Counted from the stretch's first letter, positions 29,572 through 44,697 are shown. The stretch is DNA of 64,000 nucleotides from Eledone cirrhosa (GCA_964016885.1 OZ024742.1:268026001-268090000), one strand, 5' to 3'. The notes: generated by a model not told the origin, from the sequence alone. Translations and numbers: made by a program.

Positions 29572-32500
29572 TATAGAAGAAAATATTATCATACATCATA
29601 GATATTTGTATTTGTGTATATTCCAAATAAGATCTGCAGAGATAAGAAAATGATATATTAGAAGAACCGTAAAATAGAAAATTGAATTTGATGCAATTCT
29701 GTTTATAGTGTAGAACTATCCAGACTATAGTTACGTATGAATTAAAAGGTTCAGTGCCTGCTTCTACCGAGGCGTGAGTAGAGGTCTCTCTTGAATGCGA
29801 TTTAGCCGATTTACTGCATCTCATAAACATGTAAGAATTATCGACGCATTTACCAAACAGTCGAGATGGACTCACGAATTGGAACAGTCGCTGAACTTGA
29901 TCATTCTCATTCGCCTTGGTATAGCCCCTGGAAAATTACTACACATTAGATCATCTAATTTTTTTTATTCATTCTCCAATTAATGATGCCTGCTTTAGTA
30001 AACTAAAATACATTTCTATTTAAATTAAAGCATGAACTCATGCCAAAACGCAACAGCATTGGAATATAATTTACAGTTTTGTCATTTCAATTTGAAAAAA
30101 TAGCGGTAAGATGTATATGAAATTTTTCCATTTTCCTCATGCAATTAAAATCACGATGTCTAAAACAATAAATACTAAATATTAATACCTGCAGGAGAGT
30201 AAGAATCTATCATGGCGTGTCTCCAATGCAAATATTAAGAAATGCATCTGAATCACCTAGTCACACTTTTATTCTTTAATCTCTTTGCTTTTTCGCACAA
30301 ATTGTTATATGTTGTTTTGTCAACTCTCTTCCATTCTACTGGCCTTAAAACATGTCATTCCTTACTTCAACATTTCTTGTCTTTTATTCCTGATTTATGC
30401 TTCTAATTTTACAAATGATCTTTTATTATATTACATTGTGACCGAAATGCAATATCGACACATTCTGTTATTCTTCAATGCTTTTGTTTTAATAATTTAT
30501 TCGTCATTTTCACCCAATCGTTCCGATTGTACTCACACTGTTTATTCAGTGTTATCAGCAGGTCATTCTATTTCTTTATCCGAGCAAACGTCCTGCTCCC
30601 AGAAAAATTAAACTTGGCCTTTTCCTCCAGCAAACCATATTTGTATTGTTAGTGAGATCTTCCATAGTTTTGTTTACCAATATATATCTATATCTATGAA
30701 AGGATGAATACCAGCGAAATATTCGAATTAAAATTTGTACATGTACCCGGTCGTATATATGATTGTTGACATGTACTAAAATTTAAGCAATAATTTATAA
30801 TTTATTCATACGAATTCGCCCGTTAATTTAACCATCATTTAGGTGTGCTCAACTGAAATAACATATCTGCGATGAAATATCAGAATGTACCTTCAGATGT
30901 CAAAATGTGGAAGAAATATCTTATAAATTATACACGAGTCAAATATATTCCATGTTGATAAAAGATTATCCTACTCAAGCTACACTCATAGAAGTAATTT
31001 ATGCTAGTGGCAGCTGCTTGAAAATGTCATCAAATTTCTTTATATATTTATAACGCACTACATTTTGTGGTGAATATATGGAATGTTAATTGTAGTAAAT
31101 ATTGCGTAGTCTGCAGGAAATACATCTTTTGACGACAAAATGCACACAGAAAAGATGTTACAATTTCCATTATATTCTGAGGAACATTTGCTCCGAAAAT
31201 AAATAATAGACAGGGCTTCAATAAACATTAAATCTGGAATTTTATAGTGTTTCGTTAGAGATTGCTTTCTTTTAAGAGGGCGAATATTAAGTAAATGAAC
31301 ATCAATATTCATGCCTGAAAGTATTAATAGTGCAACTCATATTGAATAGAAATACATTTTCGATGAACCACCCATTGAAAGGTAAACTGCTTTGATGATC
31401 TAAATAACCTATAGTCACCCCATACTCATAAACGAAACTTTGTTTCGAAAATACGACGAACAATGATCAATAAATCTCTTGCAATATTTGAAATGCTATG
31501 TGTATTTAATTATACATTACCCGATATATGACACATAAATGTATATTCAGAAACTTGGAAAGACAAATAATTAATGCATAAACACACATATGAACATATC
31601 TAGGATTGTCGAATGTCTCACGAGAGCATTAGCGTTCTAGATTGGGAAAACATGCATAAACCGTTGCTGTTCCATGGAAAGGCGATATCCAATGCGACTG
31701 GGCACTTTGATATCACATCCTGACATGAAACAGAAAAGACTGAAAGAGACATGATATCCGACACCGTAAACATTCTAAACAAACAAACTATAAACTATGG
31801 ATGGTATATTATTGTTCTACCAAAAACAGTGAAATGTTGACTGCATGTCGACTCAAACTATACAGAGCTGGGACAAACCCTTCGCGGAACATTACATTAT
31901 CCGAGGTTCTAATGATTCTACATATCCCAAAACATGACATATAATTAAAATTACTACTCTTAAAACAATGCAACACTTAATTTGAGTCCATATTCCAGAA
32001 ATGTATCAAACATTTATTCCAGCTAGAAGCATACACTACTTTGTAAAATATAGTACAAATTGTCTTCCCTACACTCATATTCATCGCTACCATGCACAAC
32101 CTCGGTAAATCTCCTCAAATGTATCCATCTATATATCACTAGATACACACTCAGATATATACACACATTAAAATATAAAATCACTGTTAGTCGCTTGAAC
32201 AGAAAAAGGTGTATTAGTGTTGAAAATCACTTGTTCAATTCCTTTCAAATATTACATTCCAAACCTCGCATCACTTCTGGGGTAATTACTTCTCGGGAAA
32301 TCTCTTCCTCATTATCACGTTATTCACAGTCACTCCAAACAATAGTATCTTTTCTGGTCATGCAAACAGCCGCTTTTGTACTCATTTAATACATCGAGAA
32401 GCTGATGGCAACAGCCAGCAGCAGGGTGACTATGACAATTTATTGTGGCTAACTAGATGCAGTTTCATTAGCTATAAGTGTTTTACACTCCTTTTTTATT

Positions 32501-33075
32501 TTATTGACATTTGGTATGACTTTAACCATGCAGATACATTTTGCCATTTATCTAAAATTAGAATTTACACCGCCTGCGACGCCCATTCCTTTACACTTCC
32601 TTTGAATTTCCCCGTCTATCTCCCATCCTTCTCTCTTGCTTTCTATATCTATTCCTCTTCCTTCAATTTCCTTGACCTTATGTTTCACGCATCTTCGGCT
32701 CTTTCTGCAACTGAACTTGCCGCAGCTCATTGTATACCTTCTCGTCTCAGAAAATAATATTATTCTCGTTCCAGAAAACCACACACCGCAACACCTCTCT
32801 AGTCTCTGCGTGGTCTCACACAAGTGTTGGTCAGCCACATACTTCAATAACGAGTAAAAATTAGTCTTTCGGCGTGATGCCACCACTCTAAACGGACTCA
32901 ATTGTACACTATAATTTCTCTAATCTCCATTGAATTTTACAATAAAGAAAATACATGATCGCACACATTACGATATCACACACATGCGCAGCTGCTACAC
33001 ACGCGTCCACACGATATAAGCACACGCATGCTAACATATACATATATCACCCACTACTTATATCTCATGCTAACT

Positions 33076-33188
<113 letters not shown>

Positions 33189-34539
33189 CTATGTACACAC
33201 CATCTCTCATCACATACATGTAAAGTTGTAGCACCGTATCTGATGCATTCCAGTATCTCTTACATCCCAGTCATGGGACATGCAAACATACTAAAACCTC
33301 TACTAGTACGTCTAATTTTATGTGTTTGCACACATAAGTACATAATATTGATAGATGTTTGCGTGTGCAATTACATATACACACACTTAAACGCCTGCAT
33401 ATATACGCAACAGGCCAGCTTGTGTCTCTCCACACGCAACTCTGCAAATGTGCATGAATGTTCACTCACGCACAGAACCAAAACTACGTAGTGAAGAGAC
33501 CTTCAACCACGTAATTGTCTCAAGAACATCACGAACTTCATACTCCCAGAGGTTTGTACCCATACACACAAAAGTATCCCAACTCCTAGATGATTGTGTC
33601 TTTTCTTGTATTTCTTTAATATATGAAACATTCTGACCTGCACTTTTCCAAAATAGCTGAAAAACTATACTCGTGTTTTCCTCTTGAAAATATAATGTCC
33701 CCGTCTTCTTTCTAGAAGTCTATGATCCTATGTCTTCTCTCCTCTTCTGTCTCTCTCATTCTATATTCCTATCAAGTACTGACATCGGAAAGTTTAAGAA
33801 ACTTTCGACGTTTTACCAAAGGCTGATTGTATCGTATTGTCCTACAGTGATGTTCACCTTATTGACTTTTCTCTATACGCCCCTCTTTGTCTCTCTTAAA
33901 CACACATATGTCATGTACATACACACATATATATACATATGTGTGTGGATGTATATAAAGCATACATATTTTCAAATATCAAATATCCTAAATGCGACGA
34001 AAATAGGTAATTTAAAGTTTTAGTTTAAAGGAAATATCAAACATCTAAACTGGCAGGCAGGGGCGGTCAGTTGTGTATTGGTGTAATGGTATACTTGTTT
34101 AAAAGCTTTGCGGATAGGAATACTTCTTCTCCAGCCAGGCTATTTACAAGTTCAAATTGGAGCAGAAAATAAGTTAGTGGGTGGGGGCGGGGTGGGTGGG
34201 TTTGCTGACGTCGTGTTTGCTTTATGAAAGATGAGTAAATGCCACTGTCACGATGAGTAAATGCCACGAAGTCTTAGGTGCTTTTGGCCAATACAATAAA
34301 TTATTATTTGTTTAATAAAGGCACCATTATTATTATCATGCTTGGTTGTTAGGCGAGGAAGACGTGTTTTATGAGCTCTGTATGGTAGTTTTTCCTTTGT
34401 ATTAGTTGTTGCCTTTTGTTTTTGCAAAGGGGAAACAAGACTTCCATATTTGCCCTATGAAGGGAAGACTTTATAATATTTGGACTTTTCGGCCCCAATA
34501 TTTGAACTGTATATTTCTTTCTTAATCTAAAGAAAAAAA

Positions 34540-37230
34540 AATAGACCAGATACGCCCCCAACATTAAATCTGCCGTCTCGTGACAACGACTTAAAGTTAA
34601 TACCCCAACAAACACAGGCACCATTATGGACACACAGAATAATTACAAACACAATATTTAACAAAGAAAATAGCCACACCGATACCAACTCCATGAACAA
34701 CGACAACACCAACAGTAACCTCGAAACAAATGAAGAAAACAACGGCAACAATAACTCCAACAGCTCCAAGAACAACAAAAAAATTGAAAAGAACTAAACA
34801 AACACCAGTTGCAGCAGCGACAAAACCAACTGCACCAAGAATAACAACAGCAACAACAGCAACGATAACAATGTGACCAGCAACAGCAATGCTGCTGTAG
34901 AAATAATAAGGCCATGCTTTAGCTTGAACCTAAGCAAACAGGACAAAACGATTGCCCGTGCATGGAAACCTATTAAACGAAGGAAAACAAGGGTTAACGT
35001 AACCGTCACGGTAGAGGCTATAGAAAAAAGTGGAAATGAGGACGATCATTTTCAGATACATTTCGGTTTAGCCCGAGGTAGAGGCTGTGTATCAGTCTAG
35101 GAACAGAGTACATAACGAAGGGCAGATAATACGAGGCCCTCTTGGTGCTGTTTAAGTCGGAGGCCCTCGCTATGAAAGACTCGGTGGCCACATGTAAAAC
35201 TAGCAAGTTAATTTTGTACACTTCCAACATGGGAAAGAGAATTCCATCAAGACTAGACTGGGACAGTTGTGGAAGGGACAGATGCCGTCTAGATAGAATC
35301 AACAAGAGCAGCCAGGGAGGAATGATCCACCACCTAAACCAGCACCGGCAACAACACAAACATCAACACCAGCTACAACGCCACCACCAATGATGACCAA
35401 ACTTATTAACGCTACCCACCAAACAAAATACACATTGACACAAACACAAACACCACACATACACAGAAACAGTTACAGACACAAACTCCATACCTACAAA
35501 CAAACATAGACACATACAAAACAACACCATCACCACCACAATCACCCAAACGCAAAGAAGTAAAACCACGAATACAACAAAACACACAAAACACATAAAT
35601 ACGCCGTGCATCATTCTTTAGGCGCCTTGAAGCCTCCCTGGAAACGTTTTACGCTTTATTGTTAGCGGGGGACTGGAACGTCATTTTAGACGCGAGCTGA
35701 GATTGCGTGGGAGTTGCTGAACGGATCGGGGGTGGGTGTGGGGGTGCAACAACCTCAAGTATCTGATCAGCCAGTTCCAACTATCTGACAGATACCAATT
35801 AGATATCTCTAATACGCCAGTTTGGAGCTGGACCAACCACATAGGGCATTCTAGATCGTATATAGAAATGATTTTATTAGGTCAATAGAAAAGGATAGGA
35901 TAAGTTGTCCACACTTTCAAACGGTCGCCTATTCAGATCACAATTTTGTGTTCTGAATGGATGACTTAGATAAAACACAGTTGAGGACCTAGTTACTGGA
36001 AGCTGAACATATCGTTTAGGGCACGTAATGCCTTCAGCTACTAAAGTTGCTCGGGCTTTGTTTCGGATCAGATCACCAAATGGGCCGTGAGGAAGCTGTC
36101 TCTGAAAGCCAGGCGGAGGTGGCGAATGCGTATTCAGCGTCCATCGTATACGCCCGCTTGAATATCATGCCTTGCACCCATTCTTATAGTTGGGACAGAT
36201 TCCGTTTGTGAGGGGGTCCATTTGCTAACAGCATTTTTCTACGCAGAGAGCTGGACATGCCATGGCTAATGATGCGCATATATTGTGCCTTAACGGTGAA
36301 CAGGTGTGGTCGCTGTTTGTGAGACAGGCCTTTCAGCAGCTCGTCTCTTTGACTGAGCTGCAATCCTGGGTCAAGAAGATACCGAGACCGGGCGTCTGGC
36401 ATCTAGAATGTTGCCAGGCGCTCACTGCCCTCTACCACGCAGGCAATGCGGTCAGTGGAACTTCTAATCTAGAGTTCCATAGAGGATTAGTGAATGGCAG
36501 GCGCGATGAGGCTACCGGAGAAGGTCTAGACGTCAACGAGATTGAACTAGCCAGTCTTTTCCGGAGGACTTTCGAGCCGGGGACTATGGACAATTTCCAA
36601 CAATCCTTCGCATGGCAGTACTACGGGGCATATCTGCCAGTTCGAAATAAACTCTGTAGACAAACTCAGACGGAGTTGTCCAGGATGTGCGCCGGGCGAC
36701 GAAACCATGTTGCACCTGCTCATCCAGTGCTCGTGTATTGCTGACTTATGGAGTATGTCAAAGAGTTGCTATCGCGTGTTGGACGGATCCGGCTATCGAC
36801 GGGCTCCATAGTGAAGATCGCAACTTTGGAGAGCAGGCAGGTTTCATCTGTTTGATAGTTGTGGCGAAAACGGTTGTGTGGTGAATGCCACTTGTAAAGG
36901 AAGATGAGGGTGGAGAGAGAAATACTGCCCTCCAGAACAATTTTTACAGGGTGGGTGATAGTTGCGAGTATGGCCCGTGTGAAAAGGCCCACTCTGAGCA
37001 TGTGCCTGTTGGCCGAAAGATGGATGGAAAGAGTGACCCTTTCTAGGGTGCTCTTGGATATTATGGTGGGTTGGGATTTGTGGTGTTCCCGACGTCATCC
37101 CAGTTTATCATGCCCCTCTATTGGGTAATTCTGTTGTTGATATTTTTCTTAATTGTTTATGCTTATTTGTTTTACTTTGTATTGTCCTCTATGTTCGGCC
37201 GTTGTGGCCAATAATAAAGAAATTATTATT
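34540..37230 (+). mobile_element. Degenerate, internally deleted Tx1/L1-clade LINE
   Basis: ORF1-like LFKSEALA..SVAT..MGKR. APE remnants LLAGDWNVILD, WSWTNH..SRSY, SDH and YWKLN. The C-terminal part (ORF 36262..36744) is homologous to 52430-52900; an A-rich end lies at ~37211. Confidence 0.75.
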
Positions 37231-37235
37231 ATTAT

Positions 37236-37450
37236 TAAGGACGGTGGATTTGCAGAATCAGTAAAGCGTCAGACACCATGCTTTGCAGCATAGTGTTATG
37301 GCCCTTTATGGTCTGAGTTCAAATCCTCCCAAGATTAGGTTAGCCTTTCATTTTTACAGGGTCGATAAAATAAAGCACCTGTAATGTACTGGAGTAGATT
37401 TAATTGACCCCCCTCCAAATTACTGGTCTTGTGCCTAAATTAGAAACAAT
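37236..37450 (+). mobile_element. SINE of the 28217 family (diverged)
   Basis: ctgagttcaaatcc, gcctttcat..gggtcgataaaataaag, 3' ttagaaacaatt. Confidence 0.82.
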
Positions 37451-38184
37451 TCTTATTATTGTTAATAGAGAACTTCCACATCATAATTCTAAGGTTCACT
37501 TTAGGGATCATTCAAAGAATTGAAGATATAAAACATTATGTATAGTACCACATGAATTTTAAACTTTCACAAACTGAAAGCGAATACAATATGTGGTATA
37601 TATGGAATATTTCTCCGCATAATTTGAATTCACTCCAAATATGTTCACGTTTTACAAAACTTGACGCATAATCATTTCCCACTTGATCGTACTTATCGTA
37701 ATACCAGTAATAGCAACAAAGGTAAAGTAAGCTATACGTGGACCAAAAATGACCTTATTCCATTGGCAATTGTAAACAGAAAGGCATTTTCTAGTACGTT
37801 GTTATATAACGACACTAAAATCTGCGTTTTCACTTGATGTTTGTTTAAAAAATCTCATATACCTGGAGTTAAAAGAATGATAATACTAACAATTATAAAT
37901 TCGCTCGGTCCATTATAGATGGCATAGCACTTATTTTAATGTAAAGAGATTGTTTGATAGTCGCATCAGGGAAAATATCACTAACAGCATTTTGTCAGGT
38001 TCTTGAAACTATCATTCAAAATGAGATGGTTAATTATATTTCGTTTAGGAACAATTATTTTCTGGTATATTAGCATACTGCTTCCGCAAAACAATTGTAC
38101 GTTGATTAGCTGACAACTCGAGATCCATTTAATGCATTAAATACTATTCAAAAACAATATTTCGTTAACCACTTTATATATATG

Positions 38185-38640
38185 TATTTGTATAAAGGCA
38201 TCATGGCGGCAAGAAATTGCCCATCGATCCCATATTCCTGCAGAACATTTTATGGTAGGCCCAGTGGGACGCGATCATATGCCTTTCTGAGGTCAACAAC
38301 ACTAGAATATATCTTCCTCTTGGCAATACTCACACGATTTCTCAAAGTCCTGCCGCAGTGGGAATATTTGGCCGGCCCAGGTGCATCCGGGGTGAAAACC
38401 GTACTGTTCATCAGTTAGCTTAGACTCGACAATATCCCCGCATCTCTTTGGCAGACACTTAACATATACTTAACAAGCAGACCCCTCTATAATTGGAGCA
38501 ATCTCTCTTGTTTTCCTTTCTGAAAATTGGAATTATCAATCCCAATAGTCAATGCTTAGGTGACTTTCCAGAGATCTAGGCCACATAGCACACACGAGTC
38601 AGCCAAAGAACACCAGGCTCATTCTCGTAGACTTTATTTG
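38185..38640 (-). mobile_element. RTE-like LINE RT relic
   Basis: Minus strand YRGVCLLS..., VDLRKAYDRVP..VLQEYGIDG, with stops and frameshifts. Confidence 0.7.
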
Positions 38641-40069
38641 AAGTATTTTCGGGAGGGTGGCGGTGGTTTTGGTGGGGAGTGGTGGTGTTCGTGTTGGAGA
38701 GGGGTGGGGGTTAGTCAACTTTCATAAATGTTTGCTTCGGCGTTGTATTTTAGAAGCTTCCAAAAGGCGAATATGTGGGGTGTAAGATTTTGAGTCCATA
38801 TGTTGCTTAGGTTGGTTTTCACTGAGTACGCTTGTCGTTGTAGATTTTTAAAGTTTTTTCTCTGGCTGTCAAAGCATTGCACTCTCAATGGTTTGGCATA
38901 ATTGATTTAATATTTGAATAATTACCTTTTTTAGGATTCTACTCTTCTTCATGTGGTTCCTTTGTATAATTTTGTTCGTCAGAATTAAGAGCTTGAATGA
39001 TAACTCTTTTAGTGGTGGCAGTTTCGCTCCTCGTGTGCTGGGCATGAATTCAAGGTAAGTTGTTTAATAAACCTCATACGGTTAAAGAATTTGAAAATGC
39101 AATTGGTGTCTTTAAGTAAATTTATTTTCAATAATTTATAACTTTACCGGTTTCACAAGGTTGGAAGTATATTTTGATAAGATGAGAGTCTCCGCGTGAT
39201 TAGACACTGAGTTTAGTGATACTTTCGTGCAAAAAATCGGGAGTATATAAATTCTAATTGAAAAGATTTGAAGCCATGAGTGTGTATGTTTTTCATGAAA
39301 TTGTAGGAATCACAGTGCGGGGTTAGCAAAACGTCGGATTAAAATGAGAGAGGTAGAGAATGGAAGAAAGAGCGTCTAAAGCATGAGATGTGAATTGAGA
39401 GGGGCATATATAGAAAGGGGGAGAAGTAAAGTGAAGAGAGTTAGAGAAAAGCGGGAATGGGAAGAATAGAGTAAAAAAGAAATTATTTGGAGAATAGCGA
39501 AAGATAAAAAAATAAAAAAGATGACGGACACAGGATGGAGAAAGAATGAAGAAAGTAAACTAAAGAGAAATCCAGTTTCGTCATTACGTCTGCAGCTTCT
39601 TTCTAGATCCACAAAAGAAGTACCCATGTATATAACACTAGCCCACGCAGCAGAACCAAAATATCTGTTTGTCTGACGTTCGTACAGTAGAAATACACAA
39701 GACAACGGAAGATAGCAGTGGGACACTTGTGTATCGAACGGTGGTCGTCTGAAAAGGAGGATGTCTGTTTTTCTGACGAGGACAGCAGCAGCAGTAGTTA
39801 AGATGACAGCGGAACTATCAGCAGCAATGGCGGTAGTAACTTGGGAGAGCGACGATAGAGGGGGAAACGAAAAGAGACAGATAGGAAAGGAGAGAATATG
39901 AGACAGATATATTTAGACATATAAATATATATACAAAATTAAATTAAGGGTGTCATGTCTGAGAGACATACGCCATATCCACTGCAGAATATGCTCAAAG
40001 ATCTCCAATGAAAAGATCCGAGCATTTTATATCAATTAGAAAGTGATTTACACACGCACATATATATAT

Positions 40070-40288
40070 ATTGTTATACTTTGGGAGGGTCATGTGGCCA
40101 ATAAGAAAAACACGCACCATGCTTTCACTCCAATTTATTATAAATTAAATTTATAAATTTCCGGTTGGTTGGTTGGATCCACAACCGGACGATTGTTCTT
40201 TCGTCACACATTATGTGACCTCTTTAGTGACTGGGGATACTTTTCTTTGTTTGTGTGCCTCTCCTTTGTTCTGTCCTACGCCATCTTG
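40070..40288 (-). mobile_element. Solo pLTR of Nematis-like subfamily B with a degenerate HHR
   Basis: Aligns with 60197-60446 apart from a deletion. Confidence 0.82.
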
Positions 40289-40344
40289 TAAGATAAAATG
40301 GACACTTATTATATATATATATCAACCTTATTGTATGCACCCCT

Positions 40345-42535
40345 GGCACACCCACCATCCCTTCCTCCCCAAAATACACAAACAAAATTATCCTGGTCGT
40401 CCTATCGTTTCTGCGTGCAGCTGCCCCGCCGAGATAATTTCTGAATATTTAGACACCATCCTCGCCCCGTTGGTCGGCAATCTCCCCTCCCACATCCACG
40501 ATACAAATCATGCCCTTAGACTCTTCAACTCTTTCTCCTTCCCTGCTGGTCCCTCCCACCTTTTCTTTACCCTGGACATCACCTCTCTCTAAACCGTCAT
40601 CCCTCATGATGACGGCCTCCGCGCTCTCCAACATTTTTTAGATTTACCTCCTACCCTTACCCCAGCACCTCACGCTTCTCCGTCTGGCTGAGCTTGTTCT
40701 TACCCTCAATGGATTTTCTTTTTCGGGTGAATTTTATCAGCAGGTCTCTGGGGTAGCGATGGGAACCAGAATGGATCCAAACTATGCCAACTTGTTTGTT
40801 GGCTACGTCGAAGTCCAGATCGTCTCCCAGTAGGCTGGACCGACTACTGAGTTATATGGTCGTTATATCGACGACTGTATCGGCACCACCTCTCTATCAT
40901 GAGAACAACTCGACTGTTTTTTTTCTTTTGTCCAATCTTTCCATCCTGCTCTCAATTTCACCGCCTCCGTCTCCGATTCTTCTGTCACTTTTCTAGATAT
41001 CTCTCTATCTATGATCACTTTCACCCCACCCTCTCTACTTCCATCCTCAATAAACCAATAATTCTCAATCTTACCCCGACTTCACCTCCTCCCATCCAAC
41101 CCACACCAAACACTCCATACCCTATTCCCAATTCCTCAGTCTTCGTCGACTCTGTAACCAAGTCGACGATTTCGAAACCCATTCCGTTTGCATGGCTTCC
41201 TGCTTCATCCAGCGTGTTTATCAACCCAACACCCTGATCCAAGCTGCTCTCACCCGCACCCGTGAAACAGACCACACCACAGCCCTCTCATCTCAGCCCC
41301 GCCCTCCCATCACACGTGTTCATTTCCCTCTCACCTACCACCCTATCACGTTATCACTCCGGCGACATATCCTCCGTTCCTTCTGTATCCTCTCTTCTGA
41401 CCCCGTCACTTCTCACTTTTTTCCAAACACACCCATTACTGCAACATCCGCGATCTCCTGGTCCGCAGTTCCTGTTCGTCCTCTCCAACGACACCACCCG
41501 GCTCTCATCCTTTTTCCCGTTCCCGCTGCAACACTTGTCCCTTTATTTCCACCCTCACCACTCTTACAAGCCCTAACGGGTCTTTCCGTATCCGCCATTC
41601 CTTCACCTTCACATCCACCGAGTTGTCTATGCCCTCCGGTGTTTCCTTTGTGGGTCTTTATATATCGGACAAACGGGACGCCGTATGGCGGACCGTTTTG
41701 CTGAACATTTGAGGCACTTACGATTCGGTTGGATACTCCTGTCGCCCGTCATTTCTGTTCTCCTGGTCATTCTTCCCTACATGTTTCAGTTCTGGGTGTC
41801 CTTTTACATCATGGATCAGAGGCCTCGCGCACCAGGACTGAACAAAGTCTGATTCACCGCCTTGGGTCCTATTCCCGTCTTGGACTCAACTCACCTCCCC
41901 AATTTCTCTAATACCCCGTCCATTATCACACCCCTAGAATCCTATCGCTTTCTCTTGATCATTAGCCGCTTCTCTTACATCTAATGCATGCCGACTATAT
42001 ATGCTCACTCCATTTTTCCCTTCACTGATCTGTATAAACACATACACACCCTTATATTAACATACTTTTGCTCATAGCTTCATAATTACATGCACACACA
42101 CTCTTTTACTCACATATACACACACATTTCTTCTTAGCATCGTACGGACTTATAATAACACACACACACACACATAAACACATGCATACGCACGTGCTCA
42201 AGTATAGCTCTTTTTACAAAACGGTTTATTTTCCATTTCAGGTAAACGCGCTCCATCATCCACTTTTCTAAAAAGTAAATCATACTGAAAACGCCAGCAC
42301 CAACAGTTTTGCAAGAGATGTCAACATGAATGGACCTGTTATTTTTATCTAAAGACATTTTTTTCCAATTCCATCCCGCCCGTCCACTTAATCTATCTTA
42401 TTCCTCATTCTTTCTTATGATGAAGGACTAACGTCCGAAACGTTAAGACAGTCTTCCTGCTATATCAAGAGTTAACCTAATATATACCTTCCATATACTG
42501 GACAGATTGTGTTGTTATTTCTGTTTACCTTTTAC
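40345..42535 (+). mobile_element. Neptune-like PLE pseudogene: RT, GIY-YIG and 3' UTR
   Basis: LPKIHKQNYPGRPIVSACSCP, TLDITSL*, GVAMGTRMDPNYANLFVG, YGRYIDD, YIGQTGRRMADRFAEH; several stops and frameshifts. Confidence 0.9.
42413..42448 (+). ncRNA. Minimal HHR with C3 mutated to A
   Basis: tctt ATGATGA a-ggac-taac-gtcc GAAAC GTT aaga; AACGTT is palindromic. Confidence 0.6.
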
Positions 42536-42621
42536 ATACATATATATATATATATACAGATATAACGTACACTTCTTCTAGCGTTCCTTTAAATAAATAA
42601 ATATATAAAGACTGGAAGAAA

Positions 42622-42687
<66 letters not shown>

Positions 42688-42938
42688 TTGCTTCCAGTCT
42701 TTATATAATTATTTATTTATATATATATATATATATAGTTAAATAATAAACAACATAAGATAATTATTTCATTTACCAGTGGTTTCTTGAGTGGTTGAGT
42801 GTGTGTATGTTTAGGTTCTGGATAATTATCTATATATTTTTCCGCTAAATCCTTTTTGCCCGTATTTTCAGCCTCAATTTCATATTTCCTAAATTTTGTT
42901 TTCAAATCCATATTTAATAAAAACACAATGTTATTTAT

Positions 42939-43000
42939 TCATTCTGACGACTGAAGACAGATATAAATATATCTACCTTCAAGAAACCACTGGTAAATGA
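42939..43000 (+). ncRNA. Canonical type I HHR; inverted partial copy at 42742-42790
   Basis: tcatt CTGACGA c-tgaag..agatat/atatct..cttca-a GAAA CC act GGTA aatga. Confidence 0.82.
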
Positions 43001-43639
43001 AATAATTACCTTATGTTGTTTATTACATAAGCTATGTAGCCTACATAGAGCACTCTCTTTTGCATGTACCTTTCCTACGGAAATACTTCATATATAGTTA
43101 TTTCATCCTCTCTTTCTTTCTTTATTTATTTATTTAGAGGGGCGCTAGAAGTCGAAGTGTACGTTAGATTTGTATGTATAGTGAATGGGTAACCGAGACT
43201 GCACTTGTGTGTATACAAATATACACTTTTTTAATGCGTAGGCATGTAAACATGCCACAAATCAAGAATTTCCCTGTAGATTGAAAACATGATAAACACC
43301 ATTCATCGACATTTGGACTTAGTTGGTCTCTGATCAGAAGACATGTATATAATTCAGAACTAAATTGCAATTAATTAGCTCATTTTGTTATCTAAAAAAT
43401 ATATATATTAAGAAGTGTGCTTGCAGCCGAAGTGTACGAGAAAGTTATATCTGTATATAAACAGAGTTTGTAACTAACATTGCACCAATGTGTATATAAT
43501 TATACACATTTCTGATATTTAGTTTTGTAAAATACGGAAATCCGATTTTCCCTCTAAATTGAAAACAATGATAAACAAAGTTAATCGATTTTCAATTTGT
43601 TCGGAAATTCACATGAAGAAAAATTAGTTCATTCACAGT

Positions 43640-44552
43640 ATAAATCACATCACAGACAGACTGTCTCCTTGAAATATACACTATCGATATTCAATTTTAT
43701 CAGTGACAATCTAATCCTCCGTCTCTGTATTTAACATCTGGATATCGTCCAGGAAGTATATAAATTCTATCCGACGTTGATAATGGTATATGGGATATTA
43801 AGAAGTTTACGCGCCTGTAGCCGACCCGTACTATAACTAAGTTCCTCATGTGTCTGATATCGTTATTTTGTTAACTAGGAGTTGCACAGAACACCACAAA
43901 CATTTTCCACAGCTGTTTGCTCAGCTATCAAGATTGTGTTATTGGAAGAGTGATCCAGGAGAAATAGTTTCAGACAGGCTTTATACATTTTATACATTAT
44001 ATTCTGGCAATGCAATGAGTCAGTAATTTTCCTCCAAGTGAGTATTTTAGTTAAGGGTGATCAGTTTGATAGCTTGCTGGAAGAGGCTGATAAGCTACAT
44101 CCGATAGAAAGTGAATTTTTGTACCAGTAACCTACAATCAAGCAAGTCTCCTCCTGGTATTTTCTGATCTTGAAATGTTCCTATCACAATCTCAAGTGTA
44201 TCATCATTGATACTGTATATTTTTGGTGTAATGCAGAGGTAGATTTTTTATTCGGATCTCTTTCAACCACACATCATCATGTTTGAATTTCTCCATCCCA
44301 CTCTACCCCACACATTTTTCAGCGGCACGAATGTCTTTTTGGGATGGTGCCTCAACGTCATTTATTGATTTGCCCCTCTATACCTCTATCTATATTGACT
44401 GATGTTTGTTTTCAGATGAATCTTTTTTAATACTTTTCCTTTCAGTCACTCTCTTCTGATATCGGATATTTTCACTGACAGTTCTCAGATTTTATTTGAA
44501 GGTGATCAACTTGTATTGAAAGTTTCTGCTGGTACTGTCTCCAACCATCATT
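43640..44552 (-). mobile_element. Highly decayed R4/Dong-like LINE (pre-RT and RT start)
   Basis: Fragments EAPSQKDI, DVWLKEI, IVGYWYKKFTFYR, HSSNNTILIAEQ; many stops. Confidence 0.55.
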
Positions 44553-44622
44553 TCTATTTTATTTTAATTATTTCTTAGTGAGGTGTCAAGTTTTATTTTT
44601 TGTTTTGTTTACATGTGATAAT

Positions 44623-44697
44623 TATGTATGTATGTATGTATGTATGTATGTATGTATGTATGTATGTATGTATGTATGTATGTATGTATGCATGTAT
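44623..44697. repeat. (TATG)n microsatellite
   Basis: Directly visible. Confidence 0.95.

Noticed and set aside
32380-32900. Host promoter or 5' UTR (also 39540-39900)
   Set aside because: Only a compositional impression; no supportable elements.
38700-39330. Very old PLE RT relic on the minus strand
   Set aside because: Only faint motif echoes; too decayed to call without an HMM search.
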